The translations under genes and the position numbers were made by a program. 64,000 nt of DNA from Cyanobacteriota bacterium (lineage in GTDB: Bacteria > Cyanobacteriota > Vampirovibrionia > JBFMGH01), in the NCBI GenBank assembly GCA_040752795.1, contig JBFMGH010000608.1, positions 110,325 to 174,324 of the forward strand, read 5' to 3'. Below, piece after piece: positions 28,901 through 37,639 of this stretch (its first letter is position 1; each line of letters opens with the position of its first letter). The notes below the pieces were generated by a model. It was not told the DNA's origin. It made no database searches and saw nothing but the letters and a program-made list of their open reading frames with translations.

Positions 28901-29807
28901 ATCTGAAAAAGAAGATAAGTCTAAACAGTCTGAAGAAGAGAAAATGTCTGATAATAAAAAACCTTCGGATAAGAAATCAAAGAAAACTAAGAAAACTGAA
29001 TCTAAAAAAGAAAAACCTGACGAAATAAAGTCAGAAAAAGATACTAAAACAAAAGATAAAAATAAATCGGTAAAGGATGATCAATCTAAACAGCCTAAAG
29101 AAGAGAAAATATCTGATGAAGATCTGTTTGAAAAATCTAAAATTAAAAAGGCCAGAGAAAATTTAAATTCTGAAACACCTAAAACAGATAAATTAAAAGA
29201 AAAGAAAAAGGATAAGAAAAAAAGAAGATGGCCTTTTGGACGCAAGGACAAAGATAAAACACAAAAAAATAAGCAAAAAGAAGTCGATGTAATACAAGAA
29301 AATCCTGTTAAAGTTGAAGATAATACTGAAGTAATACAGGAAGAGACCTCTGATAAAGATGATAATAAAGAGGAAAATATAAAAAACCCTGAAGAAGATA
29401 AAAGCATTGAATCCAAAGATTTACAGATAAATACTGAAGATAAGCAAATAGAAGAATCTGATGAGATACAAGAATCTAAACAAGAAGATATGCAAGTAGC
29501 TATTGGAGATGAGCTTATTGGTAAATGGGTAGGAGAATTATTTAATCCTCAGGGTGATAAAGGGGAGATATTAATAGATCTTAAGAAATCTGATAGCTAT
29601 ATCTATGTTAATAAAGAAGGTGAAAAAGTTCCGTTTAAATTACTTGACTTAAAAATAAATGGTAAGAATATATATTTTAAAATAAAGCCATCACCTGATT
29701 CAGACTATGGCATAATATTTGATGGGTCTTTAATACAGGGAGTATTGTCCGGAACAGCAACTGACCCCACAGGCAACAAAGGCAAATGGCATGCGCAAAA
29801 GCCCTGA
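25908..29807 (+). CDS. Giant secreted modular protein (1299 aa): signal peptide, six ~95-aa GxWxG...GxKxxW modules, and a K/D/E-rich low-complexity spacer
   Basis: N-terminal signal (MVSIFLKWFKSLFILCLLVMTANNFTYA). Module starts: LVGKWEGRL, LSGVWKGKI, IKGLWNGMV, LKGIWAGRI, LIGKWVGEL, plus one degenerate. Each module ends G.A.D..G.K..W. The ~350-aa spacer is rich in K, D and E. Confidence 0.6.
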   Translation: MVSIFLKWFKSLFILCLLVMTANNFTYAYDNLSKEEKTIFYSSNILGECSFLISDVLSNSQIMGVANLDAKLEYVKKQLTLEPPLVEDLKVSKKTLQTLKKFIEEVNESYNEKTFKLKKLEQANKTFGDYSVELREDINKLYGPKYTWLFDTGFLVSFTKASMISDYKNKLVLLEYKFLLDYVPYNMPTSVISSLSSIATVKDEELTQNQVEILKEASDNMISYFTSPETYSPPATLRDLVGKWEGRLAPPNGDYHKANISITPDMSAILNVEGMFKDMPVNDLTVTQSLVSFNIKPFADEQLIIRFSGRIVDDVLSGEAIDVSGKKGLWQFLKTPQVDLSELVNAEIKTEPTALDKLSGVWKGKILEQDGAISNLTLRFNIVDDSVMFVENPNHKKTLKLNSVAANDKAVRFSISPDNGDINITFMGEIKGRILEGNAIGTDGNKAYWKIIKVEDKLTKPQLKSDAGFFFLDHLCDPIVDNSFIEGFTLVSKNIIVPPPKINEGKYKGHLIFEDGSRAGLVLVLSNKQSKMYLFSKEDNSKISLDIDLMNITDREITIDTTIDGNKDTLVKFKGKVFGGYIYGDAVNIAGENLKWELMAVDKADTFLSNVNSSNVKRIKGLWNGMVTFSNLFEVPVKLVISDDETKMYFDDAKILLISDIILDGTSVSFVAKNEADPMQTITFNGNLEEQSITGKITTVNGLGLDVVLSMSEKYQEDPLKGIWAGRIMLDNASADIVFDFVEDKKKVYIDDSRAESGRVELLISNLVKDSKGIKFTANTSKSPSKIEFVGTFDRELLKGSAKNQIQGSNKLNWETSKSNLSKYDPESIEIVLHSEPENAGYKKTFSFLDEMDNLNDSKIDNETNDKVTEKEDKTTSTIDKKPDETEIKENKTDEILSQKVINADEIDKTKQDKKDKDVDIDESSSEKEITKKNDKESKIDKKIKKDKSKKSSENINKEENNRSSDKKSKKTKKTKSKKEKPDKVKSEKDTKTKDKSKSEKEDKSKQSEEEKMSDNKKPSDKKSKKTKKTESKKEKPDEIKSEKDTKTKDKNKSVKDDQSKQPKEEKISDEDLFEKSKIKKARENLNSETPKTDKLKEKKKDKKKRRWPFGRKDKDKTQKNKQKEVDVIQENPVKVEDNTEVIQEETSDKDDNKEENIKNPEEDKSIESKDLQINTEDKQIEESDEIQESKQEDMQVAIGDELIGKWVGELFNPQGDKGEILIDLKKSDSYIYVNKEGEKVPFKLLDLKINGKNIYFKIKPSPDSDYGIIFDGSLIQGVLSGTATDPTGNKGKWHAQKP
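28804..29125. repeat. ~165-bp (55-codon) tandem duplication within the K/D/E-rich spacer of the giant protein
   Basis: Two near-identical DNA units encode SDKKSKKTKKTKSKKEKPDKVKSEKDTKTKDKSKSEKEDKSKQSEEEKMSD and SDKKSKKTKKTESKKEKPDEIKSEKDTKTKDKNKSVKDDQSKQPKEEKISD. Confidence 0.75.
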
Positions 29808-29844
29808 TGGTTACTGTTAGGGTGTTTAGGTCTTTGTAATGGTT

Positions 29845-32064
29845 TTATTTGCGTTTGTGCTTTTTAGACTTGGTTTTTTTAACACTTTTAGTTTGAATGG
29901 CAGTACCAACTTGCTGTCGTTTAACATTTACAACATCACTAATGTCATATAATGATTTAATTATTGAATCAAAATGCTGTTTACCGCTTACTTCCACAGA
30001 CATTTCTATAACAGCAGTATTATCCTGCCTTGTTTTTACTCCTGCGTAAGTAACGTTAGTATTTAAATCCGCTATCTTTCCTAAAATGTCTTTAAATACT
30101 CCAATCCTGTCTATTACTTCAACAATAAAGCTTACAGGGTAATTTTTTGCTTCTGAAATCTGGCTTTTTTCTGACCATGTAATATTCATAACTCTTTCAG
30201 GAGCTACTTTAGATAAAGATTTACAATCTTCTCTATGAACACTTATACCTCTTGATCTTGTTATAACACCTACTATATTCTCGCCTGGCAAAGGGAAACA
30301 GCATTTAGAAATATGATAAAGCATGCCTTGTAGTCCATCTATGTTTTTTTCGGATTTAGAGGCTTTGCCAGATGCATATCTTGGTTTGTTTCTTAGAACT
30401 TCCAGCGATTCTTTGTCTTCTTTTTTAATTTTATTAGTAACTTTAGGGGTATTGATTTCACCATATCCTATAGCCGCATAAAGATCATCCAGGGCGTTGT
30501 AATTCAGTTGATTAGCAATTTCAAGTAATTTCCCTGATTTACTGACATCTTCGAGTTTCTGCTTGCTTAGTTCTGCTTCAAGAAGCATTTTACCCTGTGA
30601 GATATGCTCTTCACGACGATTTTTCTTGAACCAGCTTCTTATTCTGCCTTTGGCACTGTTAGTAGCGACAAGGTTTAACCAATCTAGCCTGGGGTGCGAA
30701 TTTTTACTTGTTAATATTGAGACAATATCCCCACTCTGAAGTGGAGTATCTATTGGTACCATTTTGTTATTAACAAGAGCTCCTACGCAGGTATGGCCTA
30801 CTTCCGTATGAACTCTGTAGGCAAAGTCTAAAGGGATAGCGCCTTTAGGTAAATCGTATACATCTCCTTTAGGGCTGAATACAAATACCTCATCTCTGAA
30901 AAGGTCTAGCTTTACGGAATCAACGTATTCTTGTGCATCTTTTACATCTTGTTGAAATTCAACCAGCTTTCGTAGCCATACAAATTTTTTATCCAGCTCA
31001 TTATTAGCTGCAATACTACCCTTCTCTTTGTATTTCCAGTGAGCAGCAATACCGTATTCGGCAATTTGATGCATTTCTTGTGTTCTTATTTGTACTTCTA
31101 GTGGTTTGCCATTTGATCCCATAACTGTTGTATGTAGTGATCTATATAGATTACTTTTGGGCATGGCTATGTAGTCTTTAAATCTTCCAGGTATTGGTTT
31201 GAATGCTGAGTGGATTACTCCTAAAACTTCATAGCATTCTTTTTCGCTGTCTACAATAACTCTTACTGCACTAATATCATATAACTCCTGGAATGTTTTA
31301 TTTTGAAATGTAATTTTATTATAAATACTAAAATAATTTTTCGCTCTACCATATACAGTGGCATTAATGCTATGTTTTATAAGTAGCTCCTGAAGTTTAT
31401 CTAGAGAGTTCTTAATAGCCTCTTCACGGTCTTTCTTGCTTTGAGAAACAAGTTGTGCAATTTCAAGATATTCTTTAGGGTGAAGATAGTTCAGGCACAG
31501 GTCATCCATTTCTGATTTAAGTTTCCACATACCTAACCTGTTTGCAAGAGGAGAGAATATTTCCATTGTTTCTTTTGCGATTCTTTTTTGTTTGTCTGGT
31601 GTCATGTGATTAAGAGTTCTTATATTGTGAAGTCTATCGGCTAGCTTTAGCAATATAACTCTTATATCACTCGCCATAGCAAGAAACATTTTCCTGAAAT
31701 TTTCTGCCTGTCTTTGTTCTTTAGATCTAAATTCGAATTTACTAAGTTTTGTTACCCCATTAACGAGGTTTGCGATTGTTTCACCAAACTCTTTTTCAAG
31801 AATTTCAGGTGTTACATCGGTGTCTTCTACGGTATCATGTAGCAAAGCAGCTGCAATAGTTTCTGTATCTGATTGAAACTCTGTTAATATACAAGCAACT
31901 TCGACTGGATGAGTTATATATGGTTCTTCACTGGCCCTGTATTGACCATCATGATGTTTGGCAGCAAAATCAAAAGCTCTTTTAATTGTGTCTATATCTT
32001 CTGTTAATCTATTTTGTTCTGCTAGAATATTTTCTAAACTTTTAAATAAAGTACTGTTTTCCAT
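29845..32064 (-). CDS. rel: Bifunctional (p)ppGpp synthetase/hydrolase (RelA/SpoT homolog: HD, synthetase, TGS and ACT domains)
   Basis: HD motif (HDTVEDT), synthetase motif (DISAVRVIV...RFKDYIAMPKSNLYRSLHTTV), TGS domain and C-terminal ACT. Confidence 0.9.
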   Translation of the reverse strand: MENSTLFKSLENILAEQNRLTEDIDTIKRAFDFAAKHHDGQYRASEEPYITHPVEVACILTEFQSDTETIAAALLHDTVEDTDVTPEILEKEFGETIANLVNGVTKLSKFEFRSKEQRQAENFRKMFLAMASDIRVILLKLADRLHNIRTLNHMTPDKQKRIAKETMEIFSPLANRLGMWKLKSEMDDLCLNYLHPKEYLEIAQLVSQSKKDREEAIKNSLDKLQELLIKHSINATVYGRAKNYFSIYNKITFQNKTFQELYDISAVRVIVDSEKECYEVLGVIHSAFKPIPGRFKDYIAMPKSNLYRSLHTTVMGSNGKPLEVQIRTQEMHQIAEYGIAAHWKYKEKGSIAANNELDKKFVWLRKLVEFQQDVKDAQEYVDSVKLDLFRDEVFVFSPKGDVYDLPKGAIPLDFAYRVHTEVGHTCVGALVNNKMVPIDTPLQSGDIVSILTSKNSHPRLDWLNLVATNSAKGRIRSWFKKNRREEHISQGKMLLEAELSKQKLEDVSKSGKLLEIANQLNYNALDDLYAAIGYGEINTPKVTNKIKKEDKESLEVLRNKPRYASGKASKSEKNIDGLQGMLYHISKCCFPLPGENIVGVITRSRGISVHREDCKSLSKVAPERVMNITWSEKSQISEAKNYPVSFIVEVIDRIGVFKDILGKIADLNTNVTYAGVKTRQDNTAVIEMSVEVSGKQHFDSIIKSLYDISDVVNVKRQQVGTAIQTKSVKKTKSKKHKRK

Positions 32065-32137
32065 ATAAATTATTTATTCTATTATTATTTATGTAATTTA
32101 TTCATAAATTGTACATTATTTCTTCAGGTAAAAGAAG

Positions 32138-32440
32138 TTGTCTGCAAAAATTACTAAAACTTTAAAGGGTATAAAATTTAGTATTAGAGTTGTACCTAAA
32201 TCTTCAAAGAATCAACTTTCTTTGAATGAAGATGGTACGATAAAACTAAAAATAAATGCTCCTCCAGTAGATGGGAAGGCTAATGATGCATGTATTAAGT
32301 TTTTATCTAACATTTTAGAAGTGAACAAATCTGATATTTCTATTACTTCAGGTTTAAAGTCAAAAACAAAAATCTTAGAAGTGTTAGGAGATTCTAACGT
32401 TCTTTATGATAAGATTCTTACTTCCCTGGAAAAAGAGTAA
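32138..32440 (+). CDS. DUF167/YggU-family (UPF0235) protein
   Basis: ...RVVPKSSKNQL....DGTIKLKINAPPVDGKANDACIKFLSNIL is the characteristic YggU core. TTG start. Confidence 0.65.
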   Translation: MSAKITKTLKGIKFSIRVVPKSSKNQLSLNEDGTIKLKINAPPVDGKANDACIKFLSNILEVNKSDISITSGLKSKTKILEVLGDSNVLYDKILTSLEKE

Positions 32441-32447
32441 TAAAGCC

Positions 32448-33323
32448 TTAAGGCATAATAGTTGATCTATCCATTAGAGCACTAAGAAGATTATCAGCAA
32501 GATTTATGCTTGAACCAGAAAGGTTAGCACTTCTTAAGTCAGTTTGTTCAACATTTGCTCTGTCCAGTTCAGCATTTTTAAGGTTGGCATGTTTCAGGTC
32601 AGCTTTAAGAAGATTTGCTTCTTTTAGATTAGCGTTTTCAAGGTTGCAATTTCTCATAATAGTCTTTTCAAGGTTACTTTTGTTGAGGTTAGCATTACTT
32701 AAATTGCCTTCAGATAAATCGCACCAGAATAAGGTAGCGCTTTCTAGATTGCACTTAGATAAATTAGAAAACCTTAGATCGGCTTTTTCAAGATTTACCC
32801 CTTGTAAATTTGCACCGGATAAATCTGCATTGCTAATATCTGTCCAGTAAAGGTTTGACTCAGTCAAGATTGAATCTTTTAGTATGGAATTTGTAAGGAA
32901 AGCCTTGTTTAGAGTGCTATTAGTTAATTCTACAGATGTTAAATTGCTATTTTCAAGATTTGTTCTTGTTAGTTTTACTGAATTAAGCTTACTTCCAGTT
33001 AGGTCAGAGTTAATTATTTCTGCCCAATCTAGATCAGAACCACTTAAATCAGCATTGCAGATCTTAGCATTGTTAATCATACAACCTTTAAGGTTGGCAT
33101 TAGTTAAATTGGCTTCATTTAATATAGCACTGACAAGCTTTGTATTTACCATTGTGATATTTGATAGATTAGCTTTGCTAAAATCAATTCCAGGTAAAGC
33201 CATACCTGTTAAATCTGTTCCACTTAGATCTATTTCATCTTCCGGATTATCTTTTCGATATTCGTTAAACTTTTCAGGGTCAGCGGTTAATAAATCTATT
33301 AGCTCTGTTTTTGTTAAACTCAT
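32448..33323 (-). CDS. Pentapeptide-repeat protein
   Basis: Long runs of A(D/N)L..A.L..A.L pentads. I set the start at the ATG at 33321-33323, which has an AAGGAG RBS 8 nt upstream; that RBS overlaps the trxB stop codon. Confidence 0.75.
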   Translation of the reverse strand: MSLTKTELIDLLTADPEKFNEYRKDNPEDEIDLSGTDLTGMALPGIDFSKANLSNITMVNTKLVSAILNEANLTNANLKGCMINNAKICNADLSGSDLDWAEIINSDLTGSKLNSVKLTRTNLENSNLTSVELTNSTLNKAFLTNSILKDSILTESNLYWTDISNADLSGANLQGVNLEKADLRFSNLSKCNLESATLFWCDLSEGNLSNANLNKSNLEKTIMRNCNLENANLKEANLLKADLKHANLKNAELDRANVEQTDLRSANLSGSSINLADNLLSALMDRSTIMP

Positions 33324-33333
33324 ATATGACTCC

Positions 33334-34287
33334 TTATGCAGGTATAGAATTTTCTTCAAATACCTCATCCAAGTATTTTATAGCATCTGTAGCAGCTATT
33401 GCACCATCAGAAGCAGATACTACTAATTGTCTGAGATTGGTTTTACGAACGTCCCCAGCCGCATAGACTCCAGCAACATTTGTTTTCATCGTTTCATCTG
33501 TTAAAATATAACCTGTTTCATCAAGATTTATTTGACCTTTGAATAAACCAGTATTAGGATTAGCACCAATATAAGGGAATACACCATCTGTTTTATATTC
33601 TTCTATTTTTCCAGTTTTAACGTTTTTAACCATTATGTCTGTTACTGCTCTATCGTTACCTTTGATTTCTTCGATAACAGAGTTCCAGATAAATTTAATT
33701 TTAGGATGATTAAGAACTTTTTCCTGATATGCTTTACTGGCTCTGAGTTCATCTCTCCTGTGTACTATAGTTACAGAGCTGGCATATCGTGTTAAATATA
33801 AGCTTTCTTCAATAGCAGAATTCCCTCCTCCTGCTACAGTGATATTTTTTTCTTTGAAAAAAGCCCCATCGCATACTGCACAATAGCTAACACCTCTTCC
33901 AATAAATTCTTTTTCTCCGGGTACGCCAAGCTTTCTTGGATTAGCACCGGTAGCGATAAGTATAGATTTTGCTCTATAAGTACCTTCTAATGTTTCTATA
34001 ATCTTTACTTGTTTGGTTAAGTCTACTTTTTGTATTTCCTGAAATTGTTTAATTTCAACATTTAAGTTTTCAAGCTGTTCTCTGAATTTCTCTATAAGTT
34101 CAAATCCAGATATTTTTAGGTATCCAGGGTAGTTCTCTATTGTTTCTGTCCAGTTTAATTGTCCACCAAGTGTTGCAGTATCGAGAATAAAGCAGTCAAT
34201 CATGCCTCTAGCTGCATAAATAGCCGCAGATACACCTGCTGGTCCGCCACCTAGTATTATAAAATCTCTAATTCTTGACTCTTCCAT
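33334..34287 (-). CDS. trxB: Thioredoxin-disulfide reductase
   Basis: GGGPAG FAD motif, CAVC redox-active disulfide, GGGNSA NADPH motif. Confidence 0.9.
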   Translation of the reverse strand: MEESRIRDFIILGGGPAGVSAAIYAARGMIDCFILDTATLGGQLNWTETIENYPGYLKISGFELIEKFREQLENLNVEIKQFQEIQKVDLTKQVKIIETLEGTYRAKSILIATGANPRKLGVPGEKEFIGRGVSYCAVCDGAFFKEKNITVAGGGNSAIEESLYLTRYASSVTIVHRRDELRASKAYQEKVLNHPKIKFIWNSVIEEIKGNDRAVTDIMVKNVKTGKIEEYKTDGVFPYIGANPNTGLFKGQINLDETGYILTDETMKTNVAGVYAAGDVRKTNLRQLVVSASDGAIAATDAIKYLDEVFEENSIPA

Positions 34288-34356
34288 GTTATATCCTCTA
34301 TTTATTATTCATTTGAGTATACTACCAAGTTGCATGTATTTAAATAACTATTTTCT

Positions 34357-35022
34357 TTAGTGGTTAGATTTTGAAGGTGATGTGTTAAATATTGATGGGG
34401 TAGGACCAGAAATTTTTGTTGCGTTTAAATTGAAAAATGCCTGCTCAACACGAATTAATGTTTTTTTAAGAAAAAACTGAATCTCCATTACACTTACTCC
34501 GCTGAAATTATCACCATCTACAGTAATTGTAATCTTTTCAAATTGAGAAAACTTTCTATCAGGTGTTGTGTTAACAGTAAAAGTTGCCATATTATCTTTA
34601 ACTTCGTTGACAGTAATAAATGTTTCAGTCTGAGTATCTGGATTGGCTAACCGGATTTTTTTCTCTACTTGTTGGAGAATCCATATGTCACTGGTTTTTC
34701 TTTTAAATCTATAAGGAGCATTAGTGCTTAATAATGTACCTGATACTTGCCATGTGCCATACAATGCTGGAGGTAAATATTGAGCTTCAACAACATGGGC
34801 TTGAAAAGTAGGCTTATTAGGGTTGGAATACTCTGGCTTTGAATTTTCTTCGACCTCAGGTGGGTCATAAATTTTGGGGTTTGTATCTAATGCTGGTTCT
34901 TGGGCTAAAACCACAGGAATAACTATCAATAATAAAATTGATAAAAAGACGTTAACCAGTAACCGTAAAATCATCAAAATTGCCACTATATTGCTTTTTA
35001 AAAGTTTCAACTTGTGTAACAT
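34357..35022 (-). CDS. Hypothetical secreted or membrane-anchored protein
   Basis: N-terminal hydrophobic segment, then a Pro-rich linker and a ~150-aa domain. Start is uncertain: an alternative ATG at 34974 would reduce the overlap with acyP. Confidence 0.45.
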   Translation of the reverse strand: MLHKLKLLKSNIVAILMILRLLVNVFLSILLLIVIPVVLAQEPALDTNPKIYDPPEVEENSKPEYSNPNKPTFQAHVVEAQYLPPALYGTWQVSGTLLSTNAPYRFKRKTSDIWILQQVEKKIRLANPDTQTETFITVNEVKDNMATFTVNTTPDRKFSQFEKITITVDGDNFSGVSVMEIQFFLKKTLIRVEQAFFNLNATKISGPTPSIFNTSPSKSNH

Positions 35023-35248
35023 ATGCCATAGGAGGCCCCTGGTGACACCATGATAACATTTGATCTACTAATTCTGCTTCACCTTCAAAGAGGGCTTCTA
35101 CCCTGCCATCATAAAGATTTTTAACCCAGCCTTTTAGCCCGAGTTTTTTGGCTTGTATAACAGTGCTATAACGATAATTTACGCCCTGAACCCTTCCTGA
35201 TACATAAACATGTAGACCAACTAGAGCCACGGATATTCCTCCTGACAT
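34952..35248 (-). CDS. acyP: Acylphosphatase
   Basis: V.GRVQGV.YR motif and G.V.N...G.VE....G. Confidence 0.8.
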   Translation of the reverse strand: MSGGISVALVGLHVYVSGRVQGVNYRYSTVIQAKKLGLKGWVKNLYDGRVEALFEGEAELVDQMLSWCHQGPPMAYVTQVETFKKQYSGNFDDFTVTG

Positions 35249-35258
35249 GAATTATTGT

Positions 35259-35807
35259 TTAATTGTCTTCTAACTCACCATCAAACAACTTTTCTTCGAA
35301 GTCATCATCTTCATAATTAAGATGATTACTATAGTCAGTATCGAAATCTTCCGGTAAATTGTGACTATCTGGCCATACAGTAAATTTATCAAACTTAGCC
35401 TGTGAAAGATTAAAGCTGGAAGATAATTCGGCATCGCTTAAATCAGCTTCTCTTAGATCAGCTCCATTAAGATTAGCTTCTGTAAAATCTGACTCAGTAA
35501 GGATTGCGCCGGTTAAGAGTATGCCACTCAGGTTAGCATTGTTGAAACAACAGAACTGCATTGAAGTGCTTGTTAGATTGGCAGCACTTAAATTAGCTTC
35601 TGTAAAATCCGCATTATCTAAATTACAGTCTCTAAGATCAGAACCGTTTAGATCAGTATAGCTTAAATCAATGCCGTTTAAGTTTAGACCGCTTAAATCC
35701 ATTTCAGATAAATCTAAGTCTGTTATATTATTTTCTTCCTTTAGCTGATTAAAGGCTTCAACTTCTTCTGTAAGTAATAAATTTGTTAGTTCATCGTTTA
35801 AACTCAT
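35259..35807 (-). CDS. Acidic pentapeptide-repeat protein
   Basis: Repeats of (D/N)L(S/N)(G/E)(A/I)(D/N)L. D/E-rich termini. Confidence 0.7.
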   Translation of the reverse strand: MSLNDELTNLLLTEEVEAFNQLKEENNITDLDLSEMDLSGLNLNGIDLSYTDLNGSDLRDCNLDNADFTEANLSAANLTSTSMQFCCFNNANLSGILLTGAILTESDFTEANLNGADLREADLSDAELSSSFNLSQAKFDKFTVWPDSHNLPEDFDTDYSNHLNYEDDDFEEKLFDGELEDN

Positions 35808-35830
35808 AAGGTAACTCCTAAAACATATTG

Positions 35831-36463
35831 TTAGTCTAACAAGTTCATTTGAATGGCAGATAGAACGGCTTGTGTTCTATTTGAAACATTTAATTTTTTA
35901 AAGATACTATTAAGATGTGTTTTAACAGTAACTTCTCTAACAACTAGTTTTTCTGCAATTTCTTGGTTGTTAGCACCCTGAGCAACGAGTTTCAAAACTT
36001 CTTTCTCTCTAGAAGTCAGAGGTGCTACAGGCTCTTCAGCGGAAAAAGGAATATTTACAGTGCTTGCTTGCTGGTTTTTTTCTCTCCACTTTGAACGTCT
36101 TAGCAGAGCTTCTATTCTGGCGAGCAGATTTGGTAAGACAAAAGGCTTAACTATATAGTCATCTGCTCCAAATTTTAAACCATATACTTGTTTTTGGTCA
36201 CTATCTAATGCCGTTATCATTATTATTGGTATATATTCGTAATGAGAGTCTTTTCTGATGGCTTTTAATACTTCCCAGCCATCCATATTAGGCATCATTA
36301 CATCTAGCAATATTAAATCAAACTTTTGTTCCTTATCGCTTAGAACTCTTAAACCCTGTAAACCATCGTTGGCTACAACTACTTCGTAGCCATACATAGG
36401 GAGAACATCTCTTAAATATTTAGGGTTATCATCTACAAGTAAAATTTTAGCTATTGAAGACAT
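35831..36463 (-). CDS. Two-component response regulator, NarL/LuxR family (REC + HTH_LuxR); no histidine kinase adjacent
   Basis: ILLVDDNP...DLILLDVMMP.MDGWEVL (REC domain) and LTSREKEVLKLVAQGANNQEIAEKLVVREVTVKTHLNSIFKKL (LuxR HTH). Confidence 0.85.
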   Translation of the reverse strand: MSSIAKILLVDDNPKYLRDVLPMYGYEVVVANDGLQGLRVLSDKEQKFDLILLDVMMPNMDGWEVLKAIRKDSHYEYIPIIMITALDSDQKQVYGLKFGADDYIVKPFVLPNLLARIEALLRRSKWREKNQQASTVNIPFSAEEPVAPLTSREKEVLKLVAQGANNQEIAEKLVVREVTVKTHLNSIFKKLNVSNRTQAVLSAIQMNLLD

Positions 36464-36599
36464 GAGCTAATTTCATTTCCCTCACTACCATGAATTATAA
36501 TATCAGATTTATTAGGTTTTTGTATGATTAAATTTTTGGAATTTTCTATATTATTATGTAAAAGTAGTTTTTAATTTAGATTTAATTTCATAGGTTCTT

Positions 36600-37637
36600 G
36601 TGATGAAGAAATTTAAGGTTGATAAGATTATATTAAATTGGTTTCGTAATACGTTGATTTTAATCTTTATAATGATTATTCTTTCTCCTGCTGCTTTTGC
36701 TGATAAGAATGTTCTGGCTGCTGGTATTGTTTTTTACAATCAAGGCAAATATGATCAAGCATTATCATATTTGTCAAGAGCTGTTAAAGATGACCCTAAT
36801 GATATTAAATCAATGTATTACTTTGCTAATACACTTGTAAAGACATATAACCTTGGATATGCAGAAAAATATTATAGAAAGATAATTGAAATACAGCCTT
36901 ATTCAGAAATAGCAGAATTGTCAAAACAGGCTCTTGTGGATATATCAGATTATAAAGCCAATATAAGAACACCTCATGAGAGCTTGCTTGTTAAAGACAA
37001 GCAGTTGTATAGTTCTGTCAATTCTTATATTCAGGAAATCATAGATAATGGAGTAATAGTTCACTGGCAAAAAGATAAAATGCCCCTTAATGTCTATATT
37101 TCTCCTTCAACGTATAAAGAATACGAAGCTTTTGCCTGGGATGCTTTTGAAGACTGGGAAACTTCTTTAGGTGGTTTAATATCTTTTAATAAGGTTGATA
37201 AAGAGGAAAATGCACACCTGAAAATAATATGGGATAAAAACTTTTCAAATGAAATTGAATATGATTTAAATGGTTATACATATCCTGTGATTGATGGAAA
37301 TGAACTAACAAAATATAATATATGTATTGTAGAACGTGGTATGGATGGGAAAATATTATTACCAACTACTTTATATACCTATGTCTTGCATCAGATAGGG
37401 CATGCTCTTGGTGTAAGTTCTCATAGTAAGAATGAAAAAGATATAATGTTTGTTAGTGGTAATGAAGGTAAGCTAACTAGAAGAGATGTATCTACTCTTC
37501 ATGTTCTTTATAGCTTAAAACCTGATATTTCAAACTTTAATGACACCAGAGTTGAAACAGTACAACAACAGCCTCAAAACACTGAAAGCCAGGTTGTGCC
37601 TGAAGAAAATAATAAATCAGAGGCCGGGAATCAGTAG
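36600..37637 (+). CDS. TPR-repeat plus matrixin-like (zincin) domain protein with a variant HQxxHxxGxxxH motif
   Basis: N-terminal signal and TPR units. The C-terminal domain carries LHQIGHALGVSSHS where matrixins have HExxHxxGxxH (Q replaces the catalytic E). Confidence 0.5.
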   Translation: MMKKFKVDKIILNWFRNTLILIFIMIILSPAAFADKNVLAAGIVFYNQGKYDQALSYLSRAVKDDPNDIKSMYYFANTLVKTYNLGYAEKYYRKIIEIQPYSEIAELSKQALVDISDYKANIRTPHESLLVKDKQLYSSVNSYIQEIIDNGVIVHWQKDKMPLNVYISPSTYKEYEAFAWDAFEDWETSLGGLISFNKVDKEENAHLKIIWDKNFSNEIEYDLNGYTYPVIDGNELTKYNICIVERGMDGKILLPTTLYTYVLHQIGHALGVSSHSKNEKDIMFVSGNEGKLTRRDVSTLHVLYSLKPDISNFNDTRVETVQQQPQNTESQVVPEENNKSEAGNQ

Positions 37638-37639
37638 AT

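Noticed and set aside
26768-29416. Minus-strand ORFs (85-157 aa) inside the giant secreted-protein gene
   Set aside because: Antisense to a long, continuous, codon-biased plus-strand ORF. Low-complexity Ser/Leu artefacts.
32138-32170. ATG-initiated start for the DUF167 gene
   Set aside because: No in-frame ATG near the conserved N-terminus. A TTG at 32138 was accepted with lower confidence.
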